Part shown: positions 12,001-24,000 of the stretch, in pieces
How positions within the stretch are numbered: the first letter of the stretch is position 1
Layout of the letters: each line of letters opens with the position of its first letter
Assembly (NCBI RefSeq): GCF_009914755.1
Contig: NC_060935.1
Length of the DNA: 64,000 nucleotides
Origin: the human T2T-CHM13v2.0 reference genome, Homo sapiens
Direction: 5' to 3' (one strand)
Notes under the pieces: model-generated
The model's database searches: none
What the model was told of the DNA's origin: nothing
The model's input: the letters and a program-made list of their open reading frames with translations, nothing else
Translations under genes and position numbers: made by a program

Positions 12001-15000
12001 AACCTCTGGGGAGCAGGCTCGAGGGGCTCAGGGGGCGGCAGGGGGAAGCTGGGCCGAGATGGAGCCCTAGGGTCCCCACCGGAAGGATGCCCATTAAAAT
12101 CACCCCTGGAAAGTAATGGCTCCACTCTGGCACCCACCTCCCCTGACCCCCGACTGGAGGGGCCCCACGAGGGAGGGACCTTGGGCTGACGCTGGAGAGA
12201 CAACTGCTGGGACCCAGGTGGGGCCGGCCTCCTGTCCCCCAGTCTGGGGGTGCAATGCAGTTCCCAGGGAACTCCACCCCTGTCGGAGCTGCTCCCTGCC
12301 CGCCGTTGGTAGCATGGGATGCCCGTGGAAGGCACACGGCCGCCCCCACGCATCGGCCTGCCCTTCTTCCTTGTCTCCAGCCTTTGTACGGAGCGCGGCG
12401 TGGAGTGCACCTACAAAGCTGAGGGTGAGCGGCCGGCAGCCCCTGGGGCTGGGGTCCGGGGGTCTCTGTCTGCGCCCAGCCTCTGACGGGCCTGGGCCCT
12501 CTGTCCCCATAGCCTGTGTCTGCACCTACAATGGACAGCGCTTCCACCCAGGGGACGTCATCTACCACACGACGGATGGCACGGGTGGCTGCATCTCCGC
12601 CCGCTGCGGGGCCAACGGCACCATTGAGAGGAGGGTCTACCCCTGCAGCCCCACCACCCCTGTCCCCCCAACCACCTTCTCCTTCTCCACACCCCCGCTT
12701 GGTAAGGCAAATGCGGCCGAGGAGCCCCAGGGTGAGCCCCTCCCACTGCCTGGCACAGCTGCCCTTGCTGGACGCTGAGGTCACAGCAGCTCTGGGCATG
12801 GGCGGCAGCCCCTGAGGATCAAGAAGGGATCGAGGAGCAGGGAGTCGGGCTCGGGGATGACCTGCTGTTTCCCCACCAGCCACCTGCAGTGGGGAGGGCC
12901 TGGCCTCCAAGTCACCCCAGCAGGCCTGGCGTCCAAGTCCTGCCCTCAGCAGCCCCCGGGCCTGGCCTCATGGGGGTGTCAGGGGTCTGGCAGCCCAGGC
13001 TGGCCCCGGGGATGCATGGCTATCACTTGCCTCACACTGCTCAGGGCTCAGGTACCCCCATGTCCTCGCCCTCTTCTGGGGGATGTCTCAGGGCCCCAAG
13101 GCATCATCTGAGCTTCTCTGAGAGTAGAAAGCTCTGGAACTCACGTGTTCTGGGGCACAGATGTGTGGACCCTGCTCAGGGCATGGCCTGGGAGCCACTT
13201 CCCTAAAACTCAGTCGGTTCGCCTGGCTCTTCAGAACCTGTGCCGCTCATGTGGGTTCTGAGCAGGGACCGCGGGTGGGGACAGGAAGTCAGACCTGCTG
13301 GCGCAGCTCCAGACCGGTGACAGAGCCGCAGGGAGGGGCGGGGCGGCCCCCAAGTGCGGGCCTCTCATGCTCAGCTGCCTTCTCTTCTGCCCACAGTCGT
13401 GAGCTCCACGCACACCCCCAGCAATGGCCCAAGCAGCGCGCACACAGGCCCTCCGAGCAGCGCCTGGCCCACCACAGCAGGCACTTCTCCCAGGACGAGG
13501 CTGCCCACAGCCTCTGCCTCACTGCCGCCGGTCTGTGGGGAAAAGTGCCTGTGGTCGCCATGGATGGATGTCAGCCGCCCTGGACGGGGCACGGACAGCG
13601 GTGACTTCGACACACTGGAGAACCTCCGCGCCCATGGGTACCGGGTGTGCGAATCACCCAGGTCGGTGGAGTGCCGAGCTGAGGACGCCCCCGGAGTGCC
13701 GCTCCGAGCCCTGGGGCAGCGTGTGCAGTGCAGCCCGGATGTGGGGCTGACCTGTCGTAACAGGGAGCAGGCATCGGGGCTCTGCTACAACTACCAGATC
13801 AGGGTCCAGTGCTGCACGCCCCTACCCTGCTCCACCTCTAGCAGTCCAGCCCAGACCACTCCTCCAACTACCTCCAAGACCACTGAAACCCGGGCCTCAG
13901 GCTCCTCAGCTCCCAGCAGCACACCTGGCACCGTGTCTCTCTCTACAGCCAGGACGACACCTGCCCCAGGTACCGCTACCTCTGTCAAAAAAACTTTCTC
14001 AACTCCCAGCCCTCCGCCAGTGCCGGCAACATCAACATCATCCATGTCGACCACGGCCCCGGGGACCTCTGTGGTCTCCAGCAAGCCCACCCCCACGGAG
14101 CCCAGCACATCCTCCTGCCTGCAGGAGCTTTGCACCTGGACCGAGTGGATCGATGGCAGCTACCCTGCTCCTGGAATAAATGGTGGAGATTTTGACACAT
14201 TTCAAAATTTGAGAGACGAAGGATACACATTCTGTGAAAGTCCTCGAAGCGTGCAGTGCCGGGCAGAGAGCTTCCCCAACACGCCGCTGGCAGACCTGGG
14301 GCAGGACGTCATCTGCAGCCACACAGAGGGGCTGATTTGCCTGAACAAGAACCAGCTCCCACCCATCTGCTACAACTATGAGATCCGCATCCAGTGTTGC
14401 GAGACGGTGAACGTGTGCAGAGACATCACCAGACTGCCAAAGACCGTCGCAACGACACGGCCGACTCCACATCCAACCGGAGCTCAGACCCAGACCACCT
14501 TCACCACACACATGCCCTCGGCCTCCACAGAGCAACCCACGGCAACCTCCAGGGGTGGGCCCACAGCAACCAGCGTCACACAGGGCACCCACACCACACT
14601 AGTCACCAGAAACTGTCATCCCCGGTGCACCTGGACAAAGTGGTTCGACGTGGACTTCCCGTCCCCCGGACCCCATGGTGGAGACAAGGAAACCTACAAC
14701 AACATCATCAGGAGTGGGGAAAAAATCTGCCGCCGACCTGAGGAGATCACCAGGCTCCAGTGCCGAGCCAAGAGCCACCCAGAGGTGAGCATCGAACACC
14801 TGGGCCAGGTGGTGCAGTGCAGCCGGGAAGAGGGCCTGGTGTGCCGGAACCAGGACCAGCAGGGACCCTTCAAGATGTGCCTCAACTACGAGGTGCGTGT
14901 GCTCTGCTGCGAGACCCCCAGAGGCTGCCACATGACCTCCACACCTGGCTCCACCTCTAGCAGTCCAGCCCAGACCACTCCTTCAACAACCTCCAAGACC

Positions 15001-18000
15001 ACTGAAACCCAGGCCTCAGGCTCCTCAGCCCCCAGCAGCACACCTGGCACCGTGTCTCTCTCTACAGCCAGGACGACACCTGCCCCAGGTACCGCTACCT
15101 CTGTCAAAAAAACTTTCTCAACTCCCAGCCCTCCGCCAGTGCCGGCAACATCAACATCATCCATGTCGACCACGGCCCCGGGGACCTCTGTGGTCTCCAG
15201 CAAGCCCACCCCCACGGAGCCCAGCACATCCTCCTGCCTGCAGGAGCTTTGCACCTGGACCGAGTGGATTGATGGCAGCTACCCTGCTCCTGGAATAAAT
15301 GGTGGAGATTTTGACACATTTCAAAATTTGAGAGACGAAGGATACACATTCTGTGAAAGTCCTCGAAGCGTGCAGTGCCGGGCAGAGAGCTTCCCCAACA
15401 CGCCGCTGGCAGACCTGGGGCAGGACGTCATCTGCAGCCACACAGAGGGGCTGATTTGCCTGAACAAGAACCAGCTCCCACCCATCTGCTACAACTATGA
15501 GATCCGCATCCAGTGTTGCGAGACGGTGAACGTGTGCAGAGACATCACCAGACCGCCAAAGACCGTCGCAACGACACGGCCGACTCCACATCCAACCGGA
15601 GCTCAGACCCAGACCACCTTCACCACACACATGCCCTCGGCCTCCACAGAGCAACCCACGGCAACCTCCAGGGGTGGGCCCACAGCAACCAGCGTCACAC
15701 AGGGCACCCACACCACACCAGTCACCAGAAACTGTCATCCCCGGTGCACCTGGACAACGTGGTTCGACGTGGACTTCCCGTCCCCCGGACCCCATGGTGG
15801 AGACAAGGAAACCTACAACAACATCATCAGGAGTGGGGAAAAAATCTGCCGCCGACCTGAGGAGATCACCAGGCTCCAGTGCCGAGCCAAGAGCCACCCA
15901 GAGGTGAGCATCGAACACCTGGGCCAGGTGGTGCAGTGCAGCCGGGAAGAGGGCCTGGTGTGCCGGAACCAGGACCAGCAGGGACCCTTCAAGATGTGCC
16001 TCAACTACGAGGTGCGTGTGCTCTGCTGCGAGACCCCCAAAGGCTGCCCCGTGACCTCCACACCTGTGACAGCTCCTAGCACCCCTAGTGGGAGAGCCAT
16101 CAGCCCAACTCAGAGCACCTCCTCTTGGCAGAAATCCAGGACAACCACTTTGGTGACAACCAGCACAACCTCCACTCCACAGACCAGTACAACCTATGCC
16201 CATACAACCAGCACAACCTCTGCTCCTACAGCCAGAACAACCTCTGCTCCTACAACCAGAACAACCTCTGCCTCTCCAGCCAGCACAACCTCTGGTCCTG
16301 GAAATACTCCCAGCCCTGTTCCTACCACCAGCACAATCTCTGCTCCTACAACTAGCATAACCTCTGCCCCTACAACCAGCACAACCTCTGCCCCTACAAG
16401 CAGCACAACCTCTGGTCCTGGAACTACTCCCAGCCCTGTTCCTACCACCAGCATAACCTCTGCCCCTACAACCAGCACAACCTCTGCTCCTACAACCAGC
16501 ACAACCTCTGCCCGTACAAGCAGCACAACCTCTGCCACTACCACCAGCAGAATCTCTGGTCCTGAAACTACTCCCAGCCCTGTTCCTACCACCAGCACAA
16601 CCTCTGCCACTACAACCAGCACAACCTCAGCTCCTACAACCAGCACAACCTCTGCCCCTACAAGCAGCACAACCTCCAGTCCACAGACCAGCACAACCTC
16701 GGCTCCTACAACCAGCACAACTTCTGGTCCTGGAACTACCCCAAGCCCTGTTCCCACGACCAGCACAACCTCTGCCCCTACAACAAGAACAACTTCTGCT
16801 CCTAAAAGCAGCACAACCTCTGCCGCTACAACCAGCACAACCTCTGGTCCTGAAACTACTCCTAGACCTGTTCCTACCACCAGCACAACCTCTTCTCCTA
16901 CAACCAGCACAACCTCTGCTCCTACAACCAGCACAACCTCTGCTTCTACAACCAGCACAACCTCTGGTGCTGGAACTACTCCCAGCCCTGTTCCCACCAC
17001 CAGCACAACCTCTGCTCCTACAACCAGCACAACCTCTGCCCCTATAAGCAGCACAACCTCTGCCACTACAACCAGCACAACCTCTGGTCCTGGAACTACT
17101 CCCAGCCCTGTTCCTACCACGAGCACAACCTCTGCTCCTACAACCAGCACAACCTCTGGTCCTGGAACTACTCCCAGTGCTGTTCCCACCACCAGCATAA
17201 CCTCTGCACCTACAACCAGCACAAACTCTGCCCCTATAAGCAGCACAACCTCTGCCACTACAACCAGCAGAATCTCTGGTCCTGAAACTACTCCCAGCCC
17301 TGTTCCTACCGCCAGCACAACCTCTGCTTCTACAACTAGCACAACCTCTGGTCCTGGAACTACTCCCAGCCCTGTTCCTACCACCAGCACAATCTCTGTT
17401 CCTACCACCAGCACAACTTCTGCTTCTACAACCAGCACAACCTCTGCTTCTACAACCAGCACAACCTCTGGTCCTGGAACTACTCCCAGCCCTGTTCCCA
17501 CCACCAGCACAACCTCTGCTCCCACAACAAGCACAACCTCTGCCCCTACAACCAGCACAATCTCGGCCCCAACAACCAGCACAACCTCTGCCACTACAAC
17601 CAGCACGACCTCTGCTCCTACACCCAGAAGAACCTCAGCCCCTACAACCAGCACAATCTCTGCCTCTACCACCAGCACAACCTCTGCGACTACAACCAGC
17701 ACAACCTCTGCTACTACAACCAGCACAATCTCTGCCCCTACAACCAGCACAACTTTGTCTCCTACAACCAGCACAACCTCTACTACTATAACCAGCACAA
17801 CTTCTGCCCCTATAAGCAGCACAACTTCCACACCACAGACCAGCACAACTTCGGCTCCTACAACCAGCACAACTTCTGGTCCTGGAACTACTTCAAGCCC
17901 TGTTCCCACCACCAGCACAACCTCTGCCCCTACAACCAGCACAACCTCTGCCCCTACAACCAGAACAACCTCTGTCCCTACAAGCAGCACAACCTCCACT

Positions 18001-21000
18001 GCTACAACCAGCACAACCTCTGGCCCTGGAACTACTCCCAGCCCTGTTCCCACCACCAGTACAACCTCTGCTCCTACAACCAGAACAACCTCTGCTCCTA
18101 CAACCAGCACAACCTCTGCCCCTACAACCAGCACAACCTCTGCCCCTACAAGCAGCACAACCTCAGCTACTACAACCAGCACAATCTCTGTTCCTACAAC
18201 CAGCACAACTTCTGTTCCTGGAACTACTCCCAGCCCTGTTCCTACCACCAGCACAATCTCTGTTCCTACCACCAGCACAACTTCTGCTTCTACAACCAGC
18301 ACAACCTCTGGTCCTGGAACTACTCCCAGCCCTGTTCCCACCACCAGCACAACCTCTGCTCCCACAACAAGCACAACCTCTGCCCCTACAACCAGCACAA
18401 TCTCGGCCCCAACAACCAGCACACCCTCTGCCCCTACAACCAGCACAACCTTAGCTCCTACAACCAGCACAACCTCTGCCCCTACAACCAGCACAACCTC
18501 TACCCCTACAAGCAGCACAACCTCCACTCCACAGACCAGCACAACCTCGGCTTCTACCACCAGCATAACTTCTGGTCCTGGAACTACCCCAAGCCCTGTT
18601 CCCACCACCAGCACAACCTCTGCTCCTACAACCAGCACAACCTCTGCCGCTACAACCAGCACAATCTCGGCCCCAACAACCAGCACAACGTCTGCTCCTA
18701 CAACCAGCACAACCTCTGCCTCTACAGCCAGCAAAACCTCTGGTCTTGGAACTACTCCCAGCCCTATTCCTACCACCAGCACAACCTCTCCTCCTACAAC
18801 CAGCACAACTTCTGCCTCTACAGCCAGCAAAACCTCTGGTCCTGGAACCACTCCCAGCCCTGTTCCCACCACCAGCACAATCTTTGCTCCTAGAACCAGC
18901 ACCACTTCTGCCTCTACAACCAGCACAACCCCTGGTCCTGGAACCACTCCCAGCCCCGTTCCCACCACCAGCACAGCCTCTGTTTCAAAGACCAGCACAA
19001 GCCATGTTTCCATATCCAAGACAACCCACTCCCAACCAGTCACCAGAGACTGTCATCTCCGGTGCACCTGGACCAAGTGGTTTGACGTAGACTTCCCATC
19101 CCCTGGACCCCACGGCGGGGACAAGGAAACCTACAACAACATCATCAGGAGTGGGGAAAAAATCTGCCGCCGACCTGAGGAGATCACCAGGCTCCAGTGC
19201 CGAGCCGAGAGCCACCCGGAGGTGAGCATTGAACACCTGGGCCAGGTGGTGCAGTGCAGCCGTGAAGAGGGCCTGGTGTGCCGGAACCAGGACCAGCAGG
19301 GACCCTTCAAGATGTGCCTCAACTACGAGGTGCGTGTGCTCTGCTGCGAGACCCCTAAAGGTTGCCCCGTGACCTCCACACCTGTGACAGCTCCTAGCAC
19401 CCCTAGTGGGAGAGCCACCAGCCCAACTCAGAGCACTTCCTCTTGGCAGAAATCCAGGACAACCACTTTGGTGACAACCAGCACAACCTCCACTCCACAG
19501 ACCAGCACAACCTCTGCTCCTACAACCAGCACAACCTCTGCTCCCACAACCAGCACAACTTCTGCCCCTACAACCAGCACAACCTCCACTCCACAGACCA
19601 GCATATCCTCTGCCCCTACAAGCAGCACAACCTCGGCTCCTACAAGCAGCACAATCTCTGCTCGTACAACCAGCATAATCTCTGCCCCTACAACCAGCAC
19701 AACCTCTTCCCCTACAACCAGCACAACCTCTGCTACTACAACCAGCACAACCTCTGCCCCTACAAGCAGCACAACCTCCACTCCACAGACCAGCAAAACC
19801 TCAGCTGCTACAAGCAGCACAACCTCCGGTTCTGGAACTACTCCCAGCCCTGTTACCACCACCAGCACAGCCTCTGTTTCAAAGACCAGCACAAGCCATG
19901 TTTCTGTATCCAAGACAACCCACTCCCAACCAGTCACCAGAGACTGTCATCCCCGGTGCACCTGGACCAAATGGTTTGATGTGGACTTTCCATCCCCTGG
20001 ACCCCACGGTGGGGACAAGGAAACCTACAACAACATCATCAGGAGTGGGGAAAAAATCTGCCGCCGACCTGAGGAGATCACCAGGCTCCAGTGCCGAGCC
20101 AAGAGCCACCCGGAGGTGAGCATCGAACACCTGGGCCAGGTGGTGCAGTGCAGCCACGAAGAGGGCCTGGTGTGCCGGAACCAGGACCAGCAGGGACCCT
20201 TCAAGATGTGCCTCAACTACGAGGTGCGTGTGCTTTGCTGCGAGACCCCCAAAGGCTGCCCCGTGACCTCCACATCTGTGACAGCTCCTAGCACCCCTAG
20301 TGGGAGAGCCACCAGCCCAACTCAGAGCACCTCCTCTTGGCAGAAATCCAGGACAACCACTTTGGTGACAAGCAGCATAACCTCCACTACACAGACCAGC
20401 ACAACCTCTGCCCCTACAACTAGCACAACCCCTGCTTCTATACCCAGCACAACCTCTGCCCCAACAACCAGCACAACCTCTGCTCCCACAACGAGCACAA
20501 CTTCTGCCCCTACAACCAGCACAACCTCCACTCCACAGACCACCACATCCTCTGCCCCTACAAGCAGCACAACCTCGGCTCCTACCACCAGCACAATCTC
20601 TGCCCCTACAACCAGCACAATCTCTGCCCCTACAACCAGCACAACCTCTGCTCCCACAGCCAGCACAACGTCAGCTCCTACGAGCACTTCCTCGGCTCCT
20701 ACAACCAACACAACCTCTGCCCCTACAACTAGCACTACCTCTGCTCCCATAACCAGCACAATCTCTGCCCCTACAACCAGCACAACCTCCACTCCACAGA
20801 CCAGCACAATCTCTTCCCCTACAACCAGCACAACCTCCACTCCGCAGACCAGCACAACCTCTTCCCCTACAACTAGCACAACCTCAGCTCCTACAACCAG
20901 CACAACTTCTGCCCCTACAACCAGCACAACCTCCACTCCACAGACCAGCATATCCTCTGCCCCTACAAGCAGCACAACCTCTGCTCCTACAGCCAGCACA

Positions 21001-24000
21001 ATCTCTGCCCCTACAACCAGCACAACCTCTTTCCATACAACCAGCACAACCTCTCCCCCTACAAGCAGCACAAGCTCCACTCCACAGACCAGCAAAACCT
21101 CAGCTGCTACAAGCAGCACAACCTCCGGTTCTGGAACTACTCCCAGCCCCGTTCCCACCACCAGCACAGCCTCTGTTTCAAAGACCAGCACAAGCCATGT
21201 TTCTGTATCCAAGACAACCCACTCCCAACCAGTCACCAGAGACTGTCATCCCCGGTGCACCTGGACCAAGTGGTTTGACGTGGACTTTCCATCCCCTGGA
21301 CCCCACGGTGGGGACAAGGAAACCTACAACAACATCATCAGGAGTGGGGAAAAAATCTGCCGCCGACCTGAGGAGATCACCAGGCTCCAGTGCCGAGCCG
21401 AGAGCCACCCGGAGGTGAGCATCGAACACCTGGGCCAGGTGGTGCAGTGCAGCCGGGAAGAGGGCCTGGTGTGCCGGAACCAGGACCAGCAGGGACCCTT
21501 CAAGATGTGCCTCAACTACGAGGTGCGTGTGCTCTGCTGCGAGACCCCCAAAGGCTGCCCCGTGACCTCCACACCTGTGACAGCTCCTAGCACCCCTAGT
21601 GGGAGAGCCACCAGCCCAACTCAGAGCACTTCCTCTTGGCAGAAATCCAGGACAACCACTTTGGTGACAACCAGCACAACCTCCACTCCACAGACCAGCA
21701 CAACCTCTGCCCCTACAACCAGCACAATCCCTGCTTCTACACCCAGCACAACCTCTGCCCCTACAACCAGCACAACCTCTGCCCCTACAACCAGCACGAC
21801 CTCAGCTCCTACACACAGAACGACTTCTGGTCCTACAACCAGCACAACCTTGGCTCCTACAACCAGCACAACCTCTGCTCCAACAACCAGCACAAACTCT
21901 GCTCCTACAACCAGCACAATCTCTGCCTCTACAACCAGCACAATCTCTGCCCCTACAACCAGCACAATCTCTTCCCCTACAAGCAGCACAACCTCCACTC
22001 CACAGACCAGCAAAACCTCAGCTGCTACAAGCAGCACAACCTCCGGTTCTGGAACTACTCCAAGCCCTGTTCCCACCACCAGCACAACCTCTGCCTCTAC
22101 AACCAGCACAACTTCTGCTCCTACAACCAGCACAACCTCTGGTCCTGGAACTACTCCAAGCCCTGTTCCCAGCACCAGTACAACCTCTGCTGCTACAACC
22201 AGCACAACCTCTGCTCCTACAACCAGAACAACATCTGCTCCTACAAGCAGCATGACCTCTGGTCCTGGAACTACTCCCAGCCCTGTTCCCACCACCAGCA
22301 CAACCTCTGCTCCTACAACTAGCACAACCTCTGGTCCTGGAACTACTCCCAGCCCTGTTCCCACCACCAGCACAACCTCTGCTCCTATAACCAGCACAAC
22401 CTCTGGTCCTGGAAGTACTCCCAGCCCTGTTCCCACCACCAGCACAACCTCTGCTCCTACAACCAGCACAACCTCTGCCTCTACAGCCAGCACAACCTCT
22501 GGTCCTGGAACTACTCCCAGCCCTGTTCCCACCACCAGCACAACCTCTGCTCCTACAACCAGAACAACCTCTGCCTCTACAGCCAGCACAACCTCTGGTC
22601 CTGGAAGTACTCCCAGCCCTGTTCCCACCACCAGCACAACCTCTGCTCCTACAACCAGAACAACCCCTGCCTCTACAGCCAGCACAACCTCTGGTCCTGG
22701 AACTACTCCCAGCCCTGTTCCCACCACAAGCACAACCTCTGCTTCTACAACCAGCACAATCTCTCCCCTTACAACCAGCACAACCTCTGCTCCTATAACC
22801 AGCATGACCTCTGGTCCTGGAACTACTCCCAGCCCTGTTCCCACCACCAGCACAACCTCTGCTCCTACAACCAGCACAACCTCTGCCTCTACAGCCAGCA
22901 CAACCTCTGGTCCTGGAACTACTCCCAGCCCTGTTCCCACCACCAGCACAACCTCTGCTCCTACAACCAGCACAACCTCTGCCTCTACAGCCAGCACAAC
23001 CTCTGGTCCTGGAACTTCTCTCAGCCCTGTTCCCACCACGAGCACAACCTCTGCTCCTACAACTAGCACAACCTCTGGTCCTGGAACTACTCCCAGCCCT
23101 GTTCCCACCACCAGCACAACCTCTGCTCCTACAACCAGCACGACCTCTGGTCCTGGAACTACTCCCAGCCCCGTTCCCACCACCAGCACAACCCCTGTTT
23201 CAAAGACCAGCACAAGCCATCTTTCTGTATCCAAGACAACCCACTCCCAACCAGTCACCAGTGACTGTCATCCTCTGTGCGCCTGGACAAAGTGGTTCGA
23301 CGTGGACTTCCCATCCCCTGGACCCCACGGCGGGGACAAGGAAACCTACAACAACATCATCAGGAGTGGGGAAAAAATCTGCCGCCGACCTGAGGAGATC
23401 ACCAGGCTCCAGTGCCGAGCCGAGAGCCACCCGGAGGTGAACATTGAACACCTGGGTCAGGTGGTGCAGTGCAGCCGTGAAGAGGGCCTGGTGTGCCGGA
23501 ACCAGGACCAGCAGGGACCCTTCAAGATGTGCCTCAACTACGAGGTGCGCGTGCTCTGCTGCGAGACCCCCAGAGGCTGCCCGGTGACCTCTGTGACCCC
23601 ATATGGGACTTCTCCTACCAATGCTCTGTATCCTTCCCTGTCTACTTCCATGGTATCCGCCTCCGTGGCATCCACCTCTGTGGCATCCAGCTCTGTGGCA
23701 TCCAGCTCTGTGGCTTACTCCACCCAAACCTGCTTCTGCAACGTGGCTGACCGGCTCTACCCTGCAGGTTCGTGAGTGTTTCTGGTGCAATTGTTTCTGA
23801 GCTCACCCTGGTCAGTTTTTTATCCAGGAACGCCAAGCTGTGATGATGATAGGAGTCTCTGCTCTTTGTGGCACAGGCTCATTGTCACAGAGTGGCTGCT
23901 GGCATTCTCTGAAATTTTTTCCCATTACACAGGTGGTAGAAAGTGCCCCTCTGGCTCTGGGAGTTTTTTGCTTCTCCTTTGAGCAGGACTCCACTAAAGG

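Noticed and set aside
16194-23258. Long antisense Val/Leu/Ala/Gly/Glu ORFs (949, 169, 304, 545 aa) resembling membrane proteins
   Set aside because: Reverse-strand shadows of the 24-bp PTS repeat; all begin at the same GTG in a duplicated spacer, with no independent promoter or splice evidence.
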